From assembly GCA_964398475.1 (NCBI GenBank), contig CAYNMP010000012.1, forward strand, positions 22,540 to 86,539: 64,000 nucleotides of DNA, read 5' to 3'. The position numbers were made by a program, and so were the translations under genes. The stretch is from an uncultured Chitinophagaceae bacterium (lineage in GTDB: Bacteria; Bacteroidota; Bacteroidia; Chitinophagales; LD1). Below, one piece after another: positions 43,272-54,279 of this stretch (its first letter is position 1; every line of letters begins with the position of its first letter). The notes beneath the pieces are model-generated. The model was given only the letters and a program-made list of their open reading frames with translations. It was not told the origin of the DNA and searched no databases.

Positions 43272-44990
43272 ATGTTTCGAAAAGCATCTATTCTCGTTTG
43301 TTTGATTGGTTTACTATCGATGGTAAGCATTCGGGTATTGAACACCGATAGAACTACCAAAACATGGGTGAATGTAATTAGTTGGGACGCACTTGCCTAC
43401 TACATGTATATTCCGGGCACGTTCATTTACCACGATATGAAAGAATTGGCGTGGTTCAAAACAATTGATTCGGTATACCACCCCACCCCTACATTCTATC
43501 AAGCGCATTTGCAAGAAAACGGTAATTATGTAATGAAATATTACATGGGTACAGCTATTTTGTGCAGTCCGTTTGTGTTGGTGGCGCATCAACTCTGCCC
43601 AGTGTTCGATTATCCGCAGGACGGATTTTCTGTACCCTATCATATCGCAGTTTGTGTAGCGGCTATTGTGTATGCTTTTCTGGCATTACTGCTGCTTCGA
43701 AAAGTATTGCTGGTGTATTACTCCGAAAAAGTAACGGCTATCAGTTTATTGCTGATGGTGCTAGGCACAAATTACCTGCAATACACGGGTGTTGACAGTG
43801 GAATGACACATGTATACTTGTTTTTTGTGGGCGCAGTGTTGCTTTATGTTACTCACCAATGGTACACACAGCCCAAGAAACATTGGGCTTTTCTAATTGG
43901 CTACTGCATTGGATTTGCGGTTGTGATTCGGCCTACCGATGCGGCCATGCTGCTGGTGCCTTTGTTTTGGGGCGAGTTCTCGAAAGATAGCAGCAGGGCC
44001 AAATGGCAAATGCTAAAAGCGAACATTAAGCATCTTCCATTGGCTATGCTGGGTGGAGTTTTGGCGGTATTACCTCAACTCATCTACTGGAAATATGCCA
44101 CAGGCAGTTGGGTGTATAACGTAGGTTCGAAATGGCATTTTTTGAATCCGCATTGGCGGGTGCTCATTGGCTTTGAAAAAGGTTGGTTTATCTACACTCC
44201 TATTACGCTCTTTTTTGTGATAGGCTTATTCTTTATTCGGAACAAACCTTTTAAACGAGCAGTTACCGTTTTCTTTATTATCAACACTTGGATAATTATT
44301 GCCTGGGCCGATTGGCGGTATGGCGGTACCTATTCGTGCAGAGCTTTGATGCAAAGCTATGCCATTCTTATTTTGCCTATGGCTGCCGCAGTGGAATGGG
44401 CATTAAACAGCAAATGGAAATTCGTTTTCGTTGCTATTTGGACCTACTGTATTGGCGTAAATATTTTCCAACTCTATCAATACAACAAACAAATTATTTT
44501 GTATGATGGTATGAATTGGAAGTATTACGCTGCTGTTTATTTAAACCCCTCGCCTACCCCGCTCGATATGAGTTTGATTGATTCCGAAGATTGGATAGAT
44601 GACGAAACAAACTATTCCCCAAAAACTCTTTTTACACTATTTGATACCGCTATAACGGTTGAACCGGGCAAAAGAGAAATAGCACGCGTTCCGCTTCAAC
44701 ACATACCGGCAAACAGTTATTTAAAAATTACGTTAGAGGGGGTTACACAAGAAGGACTTTGGCAAAGTTATATCGTGTCGAGTGTAGCCATAAAAGACAG
44801 TGCCGATGAACGAAAAATCAGATTATTCAACAACTTGAATAAAGAAAGGGTTGCGACCCGAGTGGCTTATTATCACAAGATTTCGGAGGCAATAGTACAG
44901 AATGTGTTAACCCTTTCGATACAAAGTGAAATGAGACATCATACGAAGATCAATCGGCTGTCGATTGAACTGTTCACCGAAAAGAAGTAA
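43272..44990 (+). CDS. polytopic integral membrane protein, possibly a glycosyltransferase of the GT-C / GT39-like fold
   Basis: At least ten hydrophobic helices in the first 400 aa, followed by a soluble C-terminal domain. This is a weak family call. Confidence 0.3.
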   Translation: MFRKASILVCLIGLLSMVSIRVLNTDRTTKTWVNVISWDALAYYMYIPGTFIYHDMKELAWFKTIDSVYHPTPTFYQAHLQENGNYVMKYYMGTAILCSPFVLVAHQLCPVFDYPQDGFSVPYHIAVCVAAIVYAFLALLLLRKVLLVYYSEKVTAISLLLMVLGTNYLQYTGVDSGMTHVYLFFVGAVLLYVTHQWYTQPKKHWAFLIGYCIGFAVVIRPTDAAMLLVPLFWGEFSKDSSRAKWQMLKANIKHLPLAMLGGVLAVLPQLIYWKYATGSWVYNVGSKWHFLNPHWRVLIGFEKGWFIYTPITLFFVIGLFFIRNKPFKRAVTVFFIINTWIIIAWADWRYGGTYSCRALMQSYAILILPMAAAVEWALNSKWKFVFVAIWTYCIGVNIFQLYQYNKQIILYDGMNWKYYAAVYLNPSPTPLDMSLIDSEDWIDDETNYSPKTLFTLFDTAITVEPGKREIARVPLQHIPANSYLKITLEGVTQEGLWQSYIVSSVAIKDSADERKIRLFNNLNKERVATRVAYYHKISEAIVQNVLTLSIQSEMRHHTKINRLSIELFTEKK

Positions 44991-45053
44991 TACTTAGTTG
45001 AATGTTTAGTGCAGGTGTATTGAAACAACTTAAATTTCGATCAACATAACACC

Positions 45054-47141
45054 ATGAAACCATTTTTTATATTTCTTTTCTGCATTACATCGCTATGGAG
45101 TAATGCCCAAATCAACAAACAAAACATTACCATTTGTCGCGATAGTTTCGGCACTCCGCATATCTTCGGCAACACCGATGCGGAAGCCGCATACGGCTTG
45201 GCTTGGGCGCATTGCGAAGATGATTTTGTTTCCATTCAACATCAGCTTTTGGCTGCCCGAGGGAAACTTGGTGCTGTAGAAGGAAAATCGGGTGTAATTT
45301 TCGATTATGCCTTACATCTTTTTTCCATTGATACGTTTGTTGATGCCCATTACGAAGCGGATATTTCACCCGGTTTCAAAAAGATTCTGGAGGCCTATGC
45401 ACAAGCGGTAAACGATTTTGCAGTTGCTCATCCCAACGAGGTTTTACTCAAATCGGGATTTCCTACATCGCCTAAAGATATTATCAAAGGGTATACCCTA
45501 ACGCTCACCTTAATGGCCGGAACGGGCTTAGCGATTAAAGCGATTAAAGACAATGCCATTGAGCAATATATGTCGCCCAACGAACCGACAGGTTCGAATG
45601 CGATGGTCGTTGCACCATCCAAAACGGAAGACGGTAAAACATGGTTTTTATCGAACTCGCATCAACCGCTTGAGGGCCGATTTGCCTGGTACGAAGCGCA
45701 TGTGAGCAGTAAAGAAGGTTGGGATTGTATGGGTGGTTTATTTGCCGGTGGTGTAGGCATATTTGTGGGCACTAACCAACACCTCAGTTGGACACATACC
45801 GTGAATTACAATAGCTGGGGCGATATCTATTTACTCAAAACTAAGGGCAAAAAATATTTTTTTGAAAACGAATGGCACAAAATGACCAGCCGCAAAGCCA
45901 AATTAAAAGTGAAGCTGGGTGGCATCACGCTTGGTGTAACTAAAATGGTGTACTCGACTGTTTACGGCCCTGTGTTCAAGGCACATGGTAAATCGTATGC
46001 GTTGCGTTTCCCGGCTTATCACAACATAAAAGCGGCTGAAGAATGGTTTAAGATCAACAAAGCGCAAAACATGAATGAATATATGGATGCGTTAAAGATA
46101 GAGGGGATGACGCAGTTTAATGTGCTCTATGCTGACCAAAAGGGAAATATCTTTTATCAAAATAATGGCGATTTGCCGAAACGAAATCCGGCATTGAATT
46201 GGCATTTACCCATTACCTCAACAAGTGCCGCATACCTTTGGAACAGCCTTATTCCATTCGAAGATAGAGTTACAATTATCAATCCATCGTGCGGATTTGT
46301 CTATAACTGTAACCAAACCCCTTTACATGCCACAGGTAACACCTGCAATTGGAACAAGCCTATTTATACGGGTTTGCAGTTGTTCGAATACAATAGGGGC
46401 GAATTGTTTGGCTCCATGCTCAACAGTATTAAAGGCAAGATGAAATGGTCGGAGTTCCTTGACATAAAGTACAACAAAAGCTATAAAGCGGTGGGCTCTT
46501 ATTCGGAACACTTCGACTCGCTCTATAGTTTGAGTGAAAAAAAATATCCGGCATTAGCCGAAGCCATTCAAATGCTGAAGCAATGGAATAAAAGTGGCGA
46601 TGCCGATAGTAAAGCAGCAACTATTGCCATGCTAGTGCACAAACGCTTATCAAAAACATTATCGATGCAGTTTGGATTGCTAATGATTAGACGCGAAAAA
46701 ATCACTGAAAAACAAGCCGCAGAGGCATTACAGTGGACAGTTGCTTTCATGAAAGAAAAGTATGGATCCATTCAAGTGCCGCTAGGAGATGTACAACGCT
46801 TAATTCGCGGTGATGTGAGTTTACCGGCTTCCGGACTTTCGGAAGTGCCTCGTGCCTCGGATGTGGTTTTGTATGATAAGAAAAAGGGGATTTACAGAGT
46901 AGACAAAGGAGATGGTTTTATGCAATTTACTAAATGGGGAATAGACGGGCCGGAGATTTACAGCATCAACCCCTATGGGAGCTCTGCTCGTCCGAACAGC
47001 ATTCATTACACCGACCAAATGGAACTCTTCAACAAAGAGCGACTCAGAACAATGACCCTAAACAAAAACGCCATTTTGAATGAAGCAGTATACACCTATC
47101 ACCCGGGAGAAATCGATTATGTGAAGTTGACGAGTAAGTAA
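45054..47141 (+). CDS. penicillin amidase / acyl-homoserine-lactone acylase family (Ntn-hydrolase, MEROPS S45), secreted
   Basis: Signal peptide. The GSNAMVV motif fits the processed N-terminal Ser nucleophile. The size is about 695 aa. Confidence 0.7.
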   Translation: MKPFFIFLFCITSLWSNAQINKQNITICRDSFGTPHIFGNTDAEAAYGLAWAHCEDDFVSIQHQLLAARGKLGAVEGKSGVIFDYALHLFSIDTFVDAHYEADISPGFKKILEAYAQAVNDFAVAHPNEVLLKSGFPTSPKDIIKGYTLTLTLMAGTGLAIKAIKDNAIEQYMSPNEPTGSNAMVVAPSKTEDGKTWFLSNSHQPLEGRFAWYEAHVSSKEGWDCMGGLFAGGVGIFVGTNQHLSWTHTVNYNSWGDIYLLKTKGKKYFFENEWHKMTSRKAKLKVKLGGITLGVTKMVYSTVYGPVFKAHGKSYALRFPAYHNIKAAEEWFKINKAQNMNEYMDALKIEGMTQFNVLYADQKGNIFYQNNGDLPKRNPALNWHLPITSTSAAYLWNSLIPFEDRVTIINPSCGFVYNCNQTPLHATGNTCNWNKPIYTGLQLFEYNRGELFGSMLNSIKGKMKWSEFLDIKYNKSYKAVGSYSEHFDSLYSLSEKKYPALAEAIQMLKQWNKSGDADSKAATIAMLVHKRLSKTLSMQFGLLMIRREKITEKQAAEALQWTVAFMKEKYGSIQVPLGDVQRLIRGDVSLPASGLSEVPRASDVVLYDKKKGIYRVDKGDGFMQFTKWGIDGPEIYSINPYGSSARPNSIHYTDQMELFNKERLRTMTLNKNAILNEAVYTYHPGEIDYVKLTSK

Positions 47142-47235
47142 ATTTTACCATTTCTTACATCTTTTAAGTTCATTTTTTGGGGAAAGCACTGTAAACTCGC
47201 ATTCAAATACTTTTTATTCATTTAAAATAAACACT

Positions 47236-47847
47236 ATGTCATTTACATTACCAGCGTTGCCTTACGATTTCAGCGCCTTAGAACCACACATCGATACTAA
47301 AACCATGGAAATTCATCATGGCAAACACCATCAAGCTTATGTAACTAACTTGAATAACGCCATTGCCGGCACAGAAATGGAAGGCAAATCATTGGAAGAA
47401 TTGATGGCGAACATTTCTAAATACCCGGCTGCTGTGCGTAACAACGGTGGCGGACATTTTAACCATTCTTTGTTCTGGCAAATTTTAGCCCCTAACGCAG
47501 GTGGAGCACCTACCGGCAAATTGGCTGAGGCTATTGATGCAGAATTAGGCGGATTTGAAAAATTCAAAGAAGATTTTACGAAAGCGGCTGTTACACGTTT
47601 CGGTTCAGGCTGGGCTTGGTTATGTGTAAAAGCAGACGGCAAATTGTGCGTTTGTTCTTCGCCAAATCAAGATAATCCGCTAATGGATGTGGCTGAATGT
47701 CCGGGAACGCCTATTTTAGGCTTGGACGTTTGGGAGCATGCTTACTACTTACATTATCAAAACAGAAGACCTGATTATATTACAGCTTTCTTTAACCTAA
47801 TCAATTGGGCTGAAGTAAGTCGAAGATTTGAAGCCGCAACAAAGTAA
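47236..47847 (+). CDS. Fe/Mn superoxide dismutase
   Basis: [32 protein letters not shown] and DVWEHAYYL are textbook Fe/Mn-SOD motifs. Confidence 0.9.
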   Translation: MSFTLPALPYDFSALEPHIDTKTMEIHHGKHHQAYVTNLNNAIAGTEMEGKSLEELMANISKYPAAVRNNGGGHFNHSLFWQILAPNAGGAPTGKLAEAIDAELGGFEKFKEDFTKAAVTRFGSGWAWLCVKADGKLCVCSSPNQDNPLMDVAECPGTPILGLDVWEHAYYLHYQNRRPDYITAFFNLINWAEVSRRFEAATK

Positions 47848-47931
47848 TTTTTGCGCTTTCAAAAACAAAAAAACCATTCTTTATCGGAATGGTTTTTTTA
47901 TTACCTATAATTTCTATTACTTTAAATCGAA

Positions 47932-48792
47932 ATGAAAAAAGCAATTCTACTTTCCGGGATACTTATTTTGGCAATGGGCTGTAAATATTTTGCCAAAAAT
48001 AGAGCAGCACAAGATGAGCGGGTAATTGCTCGAGTGTACGATGAGTTTTTATTCCTCTCTGATGTACAACCGCTCGTACAAGGTGTTTCGCAAGAAGACT
48101 CGGCCAAGCTCATTGCATCCTATGCCGAATCGTGGGTGAAGAAAAAATTACTCTACAAAAAAGCACAGGAATATATTGCCGGTGATGAATCCGGTATTGA
48201 AAAGAAAGTGGAAGCCTATCGGCAATCGTTAACGCTTTACGAATACGAAAAAGAACTCGTGCGTACTAAACTGGATAAGGCAGTAAATGAAGAAGAGATT
48301 AATGCGTACTACGAAAAAAACAAGGGAAATTATGCCTTAGAGAACGATATCTATTTAGTAAATTTTGTATTCATCAATCCTGAATCGGAAGATTTTGAGA
48401 AGATTAAACCGCTATTCTCCAAAAACAGAAACGAAGATGAACAGCGGGCTTTGGAAGGGTATTGCAAAGCCTATTCAAAAGACTACAACATTACTGACGG
48501 GGTTTGGAAAACAGCTAACCGAATGACTATCGATTTCTTAATGGATGATGCGCAAATTGCTTCATTAGGAAAATCAGAGGCCTATCGCGAATTCAAAAAT
48601 AACGACCAAAGTTTTTTTGTTCGTATTGCAGATATTAAACGAAACGGAGATGCCACTCCACTCCCGGCTATCAAAGATCAGATCAAAGAGATGTTGATGA
48701 ACAAGAAAAAAATAGTGCTTATCGATAACATCTACAATAAAATTCTAGAAGACGGATTGAAAAAAGAAAATGTTGAATTGCTTGTAAAATGA
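47932..48792 (+). CDS. hypothetical lipoprotein
   Basis: LAMGC lipobox. Helical and Lys/Glu-rich. First gene of a three-gene overlapping set. Confidence 0.5.
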   Translation: MKKAILLSGILILAMGCKYFAKNRAAQDERVIARVYDEFLFLSDVQPLVQGVSQEDSAKLIASYAESWVKKKLLYKKAQEYIAGDESGIEKKVEAYRQSLTLYEYEKELVRTKLDKAVNEEEINAYYEKNKGNYALENDIYLVNFVFINPESEDFEKIKPLFSKNRNEDEQRALEGYCKAYSKDYNITDGVWKTANRMTIDFLMDDAQIASLGKSEAYREFKNNDQSFFVRIADIKRNGDATPLPAIKDQIKEMLMNKKKIVLIDNIYNKILEDGLKKENVELLVK

Positions 48793-49361
48793 GAACGTTT
48801 CGCTCCTTGATAATGCTATTCACTTTCTTCATTGCCCATTACGGTCATGCGCAAACTGAACAACAATCCATGATTTTAGGGGGCTCTATTGGATTAAATT
48901 TCAACCAGCAAGATTCGTTTCGTACTACTACGTTCAACTTCTCTCCCACCTTCGGATACTTTGTGGTAAAAAACCTGCTAATAGGGGCTTCTATTGGTAT
49001 AGGCACTACATCCGATAATAAAGCCAAAGGCCGAAAAAACCGTTTCTTCTTAAACACAACGTTCATCCCGTTCATTCGCTATTATTTTCTGAAAGAGAAA
49101 TTCAGACCATTCCTCTATGCAAGATTCGGTTACATTAATTCAACATCCCTCATCAACGGGAACTCCGCTAACGTTGATGGAATAACCGGTGGCGGAGGCA
49201 TCGGCTTTGTTTATTTTGCTTCAAAGCGGGTGGGCATCGAGACAACCATTGGGTATACCGGACAAAAATTACAGAAACAAAATTTGAGTTCAACGATAGG
49301 ATTTGGTGTTGGCTTACAATACTATTTTCATCCACGCGTAAAAAACTTACCAAAAACATGA
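48789..49361 (+). CDS. outer-membrane beta-barrel protein (OMP_b-brl-like)
   Basis: Signal peptide. Alternating hydrophobic beta-strands and a C-terminal aromatic residue. Overlaps the upstream gene by 4 bp. Confidence 0.55.
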   Translation: MRTFRSLIMLFTFFIAHYGHAQTEQQSMILGGSIGLNFNQQDSFRTTTFNFSPTFGYFVVKNLLIGASIGIGTTSDNKAKGRKNRFFLNTTFIPFIRYYFLKEKFRPFLYARFGYINSTSLINGNSANVDGITGGGGIGFVYFASKRVGIETTIGYTGQKLQKQNLSSTIGFGVGLQYYFHPRVKNLPKT

Positions 49362-49750
49362 ACAAAGACGTATTAACCGTTTTACAAGAAGACTTTAATG
49401 TATGCAAAAACTTCATTTACAAAGTGACTAAAACACTATTGAATGAAGAAGTTTCGAAGTATCCGATTTTTGTTGCGGTGTTCGAAGACCAAGATATAGA
49501 CTTGGGTATTCCCATTTTACGAAGAGAAGAAATTGGCAGTGCATTTACTTTCAATGCTTCCCATTTGGAAGAGTTTGCCAACAAAGGTTTGGTGTTGGAA
49601 GATAAACAAGCGGCATTCCGAAAAAATTTCAAAGACCCCTTAGAGCAATGCTGTATTTTCATAACTACAGCCGAGGCATCGGGTTTTGTATTTCTTCCGT
49701 ATGAAACTGAAAAAGTGTGGGAACCTGCCAACAGAGAGCAATTGAATTAA
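49358..49750 (+). CDS. hypothetical cytoplasmic protein
   Basis: ORF overlapping the preceding gene by 4 bp. No recognisable domain. Confidence 0.4.
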   Translation: MNKDVLTVLQEDFNVCKNFIYKVTKTLLNEEVSKYPIFVAVFEDQDIDLGIPILRREEIGSAFTFNASHLEEFANKGLVLEDKQAAFRKNFKDPLEQCCIFITTAEASGFVFLPYETEKVWEPANREQLN

Positions 49751-50133
49751 TTCAAAATCTCTGTTGCTTCTAGATTGAATTGCGGAATATTCACTTCAAA
49801 AACCGCATCGGTTAACTTGTTTTGAAAATAATATAGACCGTGCATAATGCCCAACGGTGTGGCTAATACAGCCCCGGAAATATATTCGTGATTTTCTCCC
49901 GGCTTTAAAATAGGCTGACGACCAATAACACCATCCCCTTCAACAACTTCTACTTCCCCAACGCCATTTTGAATAATCCATTTTCTGCGCAACAACTGCA
50001 CCGGAAAATTATTGCTGTTCTTAATGAATACATGATACGTAAACACAAACTGCAGGTATTCCGGCTGAGATTTTTCCGCTAAATAGGTAGCATTAATGCT
50101 TACCTCAACACCTGAAGTTATTTCTGTTATCAT
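49747..50133 (-). CDS. apaG: ApaG (DUF525) protein
   Basis: YHVFIKNSNNFPVQLLRRKWIIQNGVGEVEVVEGDGVIGRQPILKPGE...TPLGIMHGLY matches the ApaG pattern. Confidence 0.7.
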   Translation of the reverse strand: MITEITSGVEVSINATYLAEKSQPEYLQFVFTYHVFIKNSNNFPVQLLRRKWIIQNGVGEVEVVEGDGVIGRQPILKPGENHEYISGAVLATPLGIMHGLYYFQNKLTDAVFEVNIPQFNLEATEILN

Positions 50134-50135
50134 AA

Positions 50136-50750
50136 TTAGTGGTGTACCGCTGGTGAATTACTTTTTAAAAACGCATTGATGCAATTTTTCACATTCATAT
50201 AGGCAATATCGAAATCGGCATTAGGCACTACTTTTTTAAATTTGGGTTCGTATTGCAATTCCTCTTCAGCACGTTTGATACGCTTTTTCAAGGTATCGGC
50301 ACTCTCGGTATTTCTACCTTTCAATCGATTCAACAACACTTCTTTTGAAGCCGGTTTAATGAACACCGTTAAACAATTTTCATCGTATAACTTTTGCAAG
50401 TTCACCGCACCTTTCACATCAATATCAAACACTGCTACTTTTCTATCGCGCCATAATCGCTCCATCTCACTCTTCAATGTACCATAGAATTTACCAGGAT
50501 ACACTTCTTCGTATTCAGCAAATTCGTTATTCTGAATCTTCTGACGAAACTCCGATTCACTAATGAAGTAGTAATCTTTACCATCTACTTCATTGGCACG
50601 TTTCTCGCGTGTGGTGCATGAAATAGAAAACCCGAAATATTTATGCTGTAACAATAACTTTTTTACAATAGTTGTTTTGCCTGCACCTGATGGAGCAGTA
50701 ATTACAACAATTTTCTTTCCGAAATCAACAATATGTGGTGCGTCACTCAT
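50136..50750 (-). CDS. gmk: guanylate kinase
   Basis: P-loop APSGAGKTT. The SCTTR...YYF block matches Gmk. Confidence 0.85.
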   Translation of the reverse strand: MSDAPHIVDFGKKIVVITAPSGAGKTTIVKKLLLQHKYFGFSISCTTREKRANEVDGKDYYFISESEFRQKIQNNEFAEYEEVYPGKFYGTLKSEMERLWRDRKVAVFDIDVKGAVNLQKLYDENCLTVFIKPASKEVLLNRLKGRNTESADTLKKRIKRAEEELQYEPKFKKVVPNADFDIAYMNVKNCINAFLKSNSPAVHH

Positions 50751-50828
50751 AACCTATTCAACAGTTTTTTGCTTTGTTTGAGTAAATATGAAATTTAGAA
50801 TGGAAAACAGAAAACTAAATGCCTGAAA

Positions 50829-51398
50829 TTATTTCTTTTTCCCATTTTTTACAGGAACGACCTCCACCGGTGTGATTTGGTAGGAATTGCACACTACATC
50901 AAATGTGGGCAAATATTTCTCGAAAACATCAATTTTCGCGCTGCCGGTTACAATCACAATATTGCCGTTCACTTTATAGAAATACGACAAAAATTTCAAG
51001 GGCATTGCCCCTTTTGCGTTATCGTAAATAATCCAAACCGGATGCAAGGGGTTATCTTCCGACATCCCACGCGCCTGCAACTTAAAATTCGCCAATCGAT
51101 TCTGCAATTTGCTCACCATCAAATCTACAAACTGATTGGTGGTATAGCCTATAGACGTTTCAATCACCGCATTTACATTTTCTCTAAAATTATCTTGTGG
51201 TGTTTCTTGCTGACTTTCCATGATAAAAGGCACTACATCATTGATATTCTCGGTTACTTCCCATTTCTTAGGACATAACATCGAAAATGAAAATTCCTTA
51301 GATTGATAACGATAATACTCCGATACTGAATCCTTTGGCAAGGCAAAAGCGGAAAATGCAAATGTAAATACAGCAACAAAAAACAGCAAGCGTGTCAT
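50829..51398 (-). CDS. hypothetical secreted protein
   Basis: Signal peptide MTRLLFFVAVFTFAFSAFA. No recognisable domain. Confidence 0.45.
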   Translation of the reverse strand: MTRLLFFVAVFTFAFSAFALPKDSVSEYYRYQSKEFSFSMLCPKKWEVTENINDVVPFIMESQQETPQDNFRENVNAVIETSIGYTTNQFVDLMVSKLQNRLANFKLQARGMSEDNPLHPVWIIYDNAKGAMPLKFLSYFYKVNGNIVIVTGSAKIDVFEKYLPTFDVVCNSYQITPVEVVPVKNGKKK

Positions 51399-52267
51399 AA
51401 AATATTATTGGTTTGTTCTTTTATCTTTTCCAATTCATCTTTCATGCCAACTACGAGTTTTTGAATAGAAAAATCATTCGCTTTGGATCCAATGGTGTTA
51501 ATTTCTCGTCCCATTTCCTGAGTTACAAAATTCAGTTTTCGTCCCAATTGATTATCGTTCCCTTTCAACACCTCGTTAAACAACGATAAGTGCGCCCCTA
51601 AACGTGAAATCTCTTCATTAATATCTAATTTCTCTAGGTAAAAGACCACTTCTTGCTCAAAACGATTGGCATCGATTTTTTCTTTGGAAATAAAATTCTC
51701 CATGCGCTCTAACATCTTCGTGCGGATGTCGCCTAGTCTTCGCTTGTCTTCTTCCACAGCCTGCTGCAATAACGCTGAAATATTATCTACACGCAACTGC
51801 ACATCTTTGGTAATACTTTCTCCTTCTTTTTCGCGGAAGCCTACAATCTGCTGAATCGCTTTATCCATCAATTGTTGACAGAATTTCATTTCGTCTTCAC
51901 TGATTTCTTGTTCAACTGCGGCATGGATTTCAGGCATATGCAAAATAGCTGAAAACAATTGAGACGAATCGGCATTCACTTCATCGGCAGCTGCTTTAAA
52001 TTCGGCATATAATTGCTTAGCCAAAGGAATATTAATGCTCGCGATATCGGCACCGTTTTTTTGCGAAAGCGACAAATCAATTTTCCCACGCATCAACTTC
52101 TCCGCTAACTCGTTTCTGAAATCGCCCTCCAAGGCTCGGTATCGCGAAGGAATTTTGATATTCAAATCCAATCCTTTAGCACTGTTAAGTGATCGAATTT
52201 CCAACACCAATGAGGTGCGGTTAAAAACGCCTTCTGCTTTTCCAAAGCCGGTCATCGAATGTAGCAT
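51395..52267 (-). CDS. yicC: YicC/YloC family stress-induced protein
   Basis: The N-terminus MLHSMTGFGKAEG and the C-terminal DUF1732-like region. The start is set at an internal ATG. The ORF track extends to 52351. Confidence 0.7.
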   Translation of the reverse strand: MLHSMTGFGKAEGVFNRTSLVLEIRSLNSAKGLDLNIKIPSRYRALEGDFRNELAEKLMRGKIDLSLSQKNGADIASINIPLAKQLYAEFKAAADEVNADSSQLFSAILHMPEIHAAVEQEISEDEMKFCQQLMDKAIQQIVGFREKEGESITKDVQLRVDNISALLQQAVEEDKRRLGDIRTKMLERMENFISKEKIDANRFEQEVVFYLEKLDINEEISRLGAHLSLFNEVLKGNDNQLGRKLNFVTQEMGREINTIGSKANDFSIQKLVVGMKDELEKIKEQTNNIL

Positions 52268-52478
52268 AATTGATTGTTTAGCTGATTTTTGAAAGCCAAT
52301 ATTAGTCAATATCGGGCGAAAATGAATAGGCGGAATCGCATTTCCACACATTCGACTAAAAATGTTCGTTCAAACAGGTCGCAAACGGAATATTTATGCA
52401 CATTTTAGGGCAATTCGGTTTTGCGGTTTTAAATTCAAATAATAAGTCTATTTTTATCCGTTATCAACTGATCAAAAA

Positions 52479-54275
52479 ATGGAGAAAAAGTTATTGCTAG
52501 AGGTGAAGAACCTTGTGACCGAATTCAAAACGGATGACGGATATGTGAAAGCGGTGAATGATGTGAGTTTTACCCTATATCGAGGTGAAACCATCGGTAT
52601 TGTGGGCGAATCGGGTTCAGGGAAATCGGTAACCTCGTTGTCGATTATGCGATTAATCCCCAATCCACCGGGCCGAATCGCTTCGGGTCAAATTATCTAC
52701 CACACTAAAGACGGCAAGCAAATCGATCTTACAAAATTGTCGGAAGAAGACATGCGAAAATACCGTGGAAACGAGATTTCGATGATTTTCCAAGAGCCCA
52801 TGACGTCCTTGAACCCGGTATTTACCTGCGGTGATCAAGTTGCTGAGGCCATTATGTTGCACCAGAAAAAAACGAAAAAAGAAGCGAATGAAATTACGCT
52901 GAAAATGTTTGAAAAGGTGAAATTACCTAATCCGCAGCGGGTATTGGATGCTTATCCGCATCAACTTTCGGGCGGACAAAAACAACGGGTAATGATTGCC
53001 ATGGCGATGTCGTGTAACCCAAATATTTTGATTGCCGATGAGCCTACAACGGCTTTGGATGTTACCGTTCAAGCTACTATCCTCGATTTGATGAATCAAT
53101 TGCGTAACGAAATTGAATCATCTGTTATATTCATCACGCACGACTTAGGCGTAATTGCTGAAATTGCCGACCGTGTAATTGTAATGTACAAAGGAAAAAT
53201 TGTGGAGCAAGGTGCTGTTTTGGATATCTTCAGCGACCCGAAACATCCATACACTAAGAGTTTGTTGGCTTGTCGTCCGCCATTAAAAATCAGATTACGC
53301 AAACTACCTACAGTGGTCGATTTTATGCGTGAAGAAAACGGACAAATTATTGAATTGCCTACTTCTGTTAGCGAAGCCATTAATGCACAAGTGATTTCAA
53401 AAGCAGAAACAGATGCCCGTAGAGAGCGTTTGTTAACGGGTAAAACGTTGTTAGAAGTTAAGAACTTGAAAACGTGGTTCCCATCTAAGAAAAATTTCTT
53501 TGGTAAAACTACCGATTGGGTGAAGGCCGTTGATGATGTATCGTTCAATGTGCAAGAAGGTGAAACCTTAGGATTGGTGGGCGAATCGGGTTGCGGTAAA
53601 ACAACATTGGGTAGAACCATTTTACGTTTAGCACCTGCAGAAAGTGGTGAGATTTTGTTCGAAGGCAAAAACTTGCTCGACATGAACGCAAGCGATTTGA
53701 AAGATATGCGCAGACATATGCAAATTATCTTCCAAGATCCTTATTCTTCGTTGAATCCGCGCATGACAATTGGCAACGCTATCCAAGAACCGATGAGCGT
53801 TCACGGGATTTACGAAAACGAAAAAGTGAGAAAAGAAAAGGTGATTGAATTACTTGAAAAAGTAAACATGAAACCGGAACAATATAGCCGTTATCCGCAT
53901 GAATTCTCGGGTGGACAACGTCAGCGTATTTGTATTGCTCGTGCTTTGGCCTTGAATCCGCGCTTCATTATTTGCGATGAATCGGTTTCGGCACTAGACG
54001 TATCGGTGCAAGCACAAGTATTGAACTTGTTGATTCACTTGCGTGAAGAATTCAAATTTACGTACATCTTCATCTCACACGATTTATCGGTAGTGAAATT
54101 CATGAGTGATAGAATGGTGGTGATGAACAAAGGAAAAATTGAAGAAATGGGTGCTGCGGATGAGATTTACAACAACCCGCAGCAAGACTATACCAAACGT
54201 TTGATTAATGCCATTCCGAAAGGAGAATTGGAACATATTCGTCAGCGTATTACGAATCTACAACCTTCAATATAA
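52479..54275 (+). CDS. ABC transporter ATP-binding protein with two fused ATPase cassettes, peptide/nickel (Dpp/Opp, YejF-like) type
   Basis: Two Walker A motifs (GESGSGKS and GESGCGKT) and two LSGGQ signatures (LSGGQKQR and FSGGQRQR). The Opp-type C-terminal extension motif KHPYTKSLL is present. Confidence 0.8.
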   Translation: MEKKLLLEVKNLVTEFKTDDGYVKAVNDVSFTLYRGETIGIVGESGSGKSVTSLSIMRLIPNPPGRIASGQIIYHTKDGKQIDLTKLSEEDMRKYRGNEISMIFQEPMTSLNPVFTCGDQVAEAIMLHQKKTKKEANEITLKMFEKVKLPNPQRVLDAYPHQLSGGQKQRVMIAMAMSCNPNILIADEPTTALDVTVQATILDLMNQLRNEIESSVIFITHDLGVIAEIADRVIVMYKGKIVEQGAVLDIFSDPKHPYTKSLLACRPPLKIRLRKLPTVVDFMREENGQIIELPTSVSEAINAQVISKAETDARRERLLTGKTLLEVKNLKTWFPSKKNFFGKTTDWVKAVDDVSFNVQEGETLGLVGESGCGKTTLGRTILRLAPAESGEILFEGKNLLDMNASDLKDMRRHMQIIFQDPYSSLNPRMTIGNAIQEPMSVHGIYENEKVRKEKVIELLEKVNMKPEQYSRYPHEFSGGQRQRICIARALALNPRFIICDESVSALDVSVQAQVLNLLIHLREEFKFTYIFISHDLSVVKFMSDRMVVMNKGKIEEMGAADEIYNNPQQDYTKRLINAIPKGELEHIRQRITNLQPSI

Positions 54276-54279
54276 TTAG

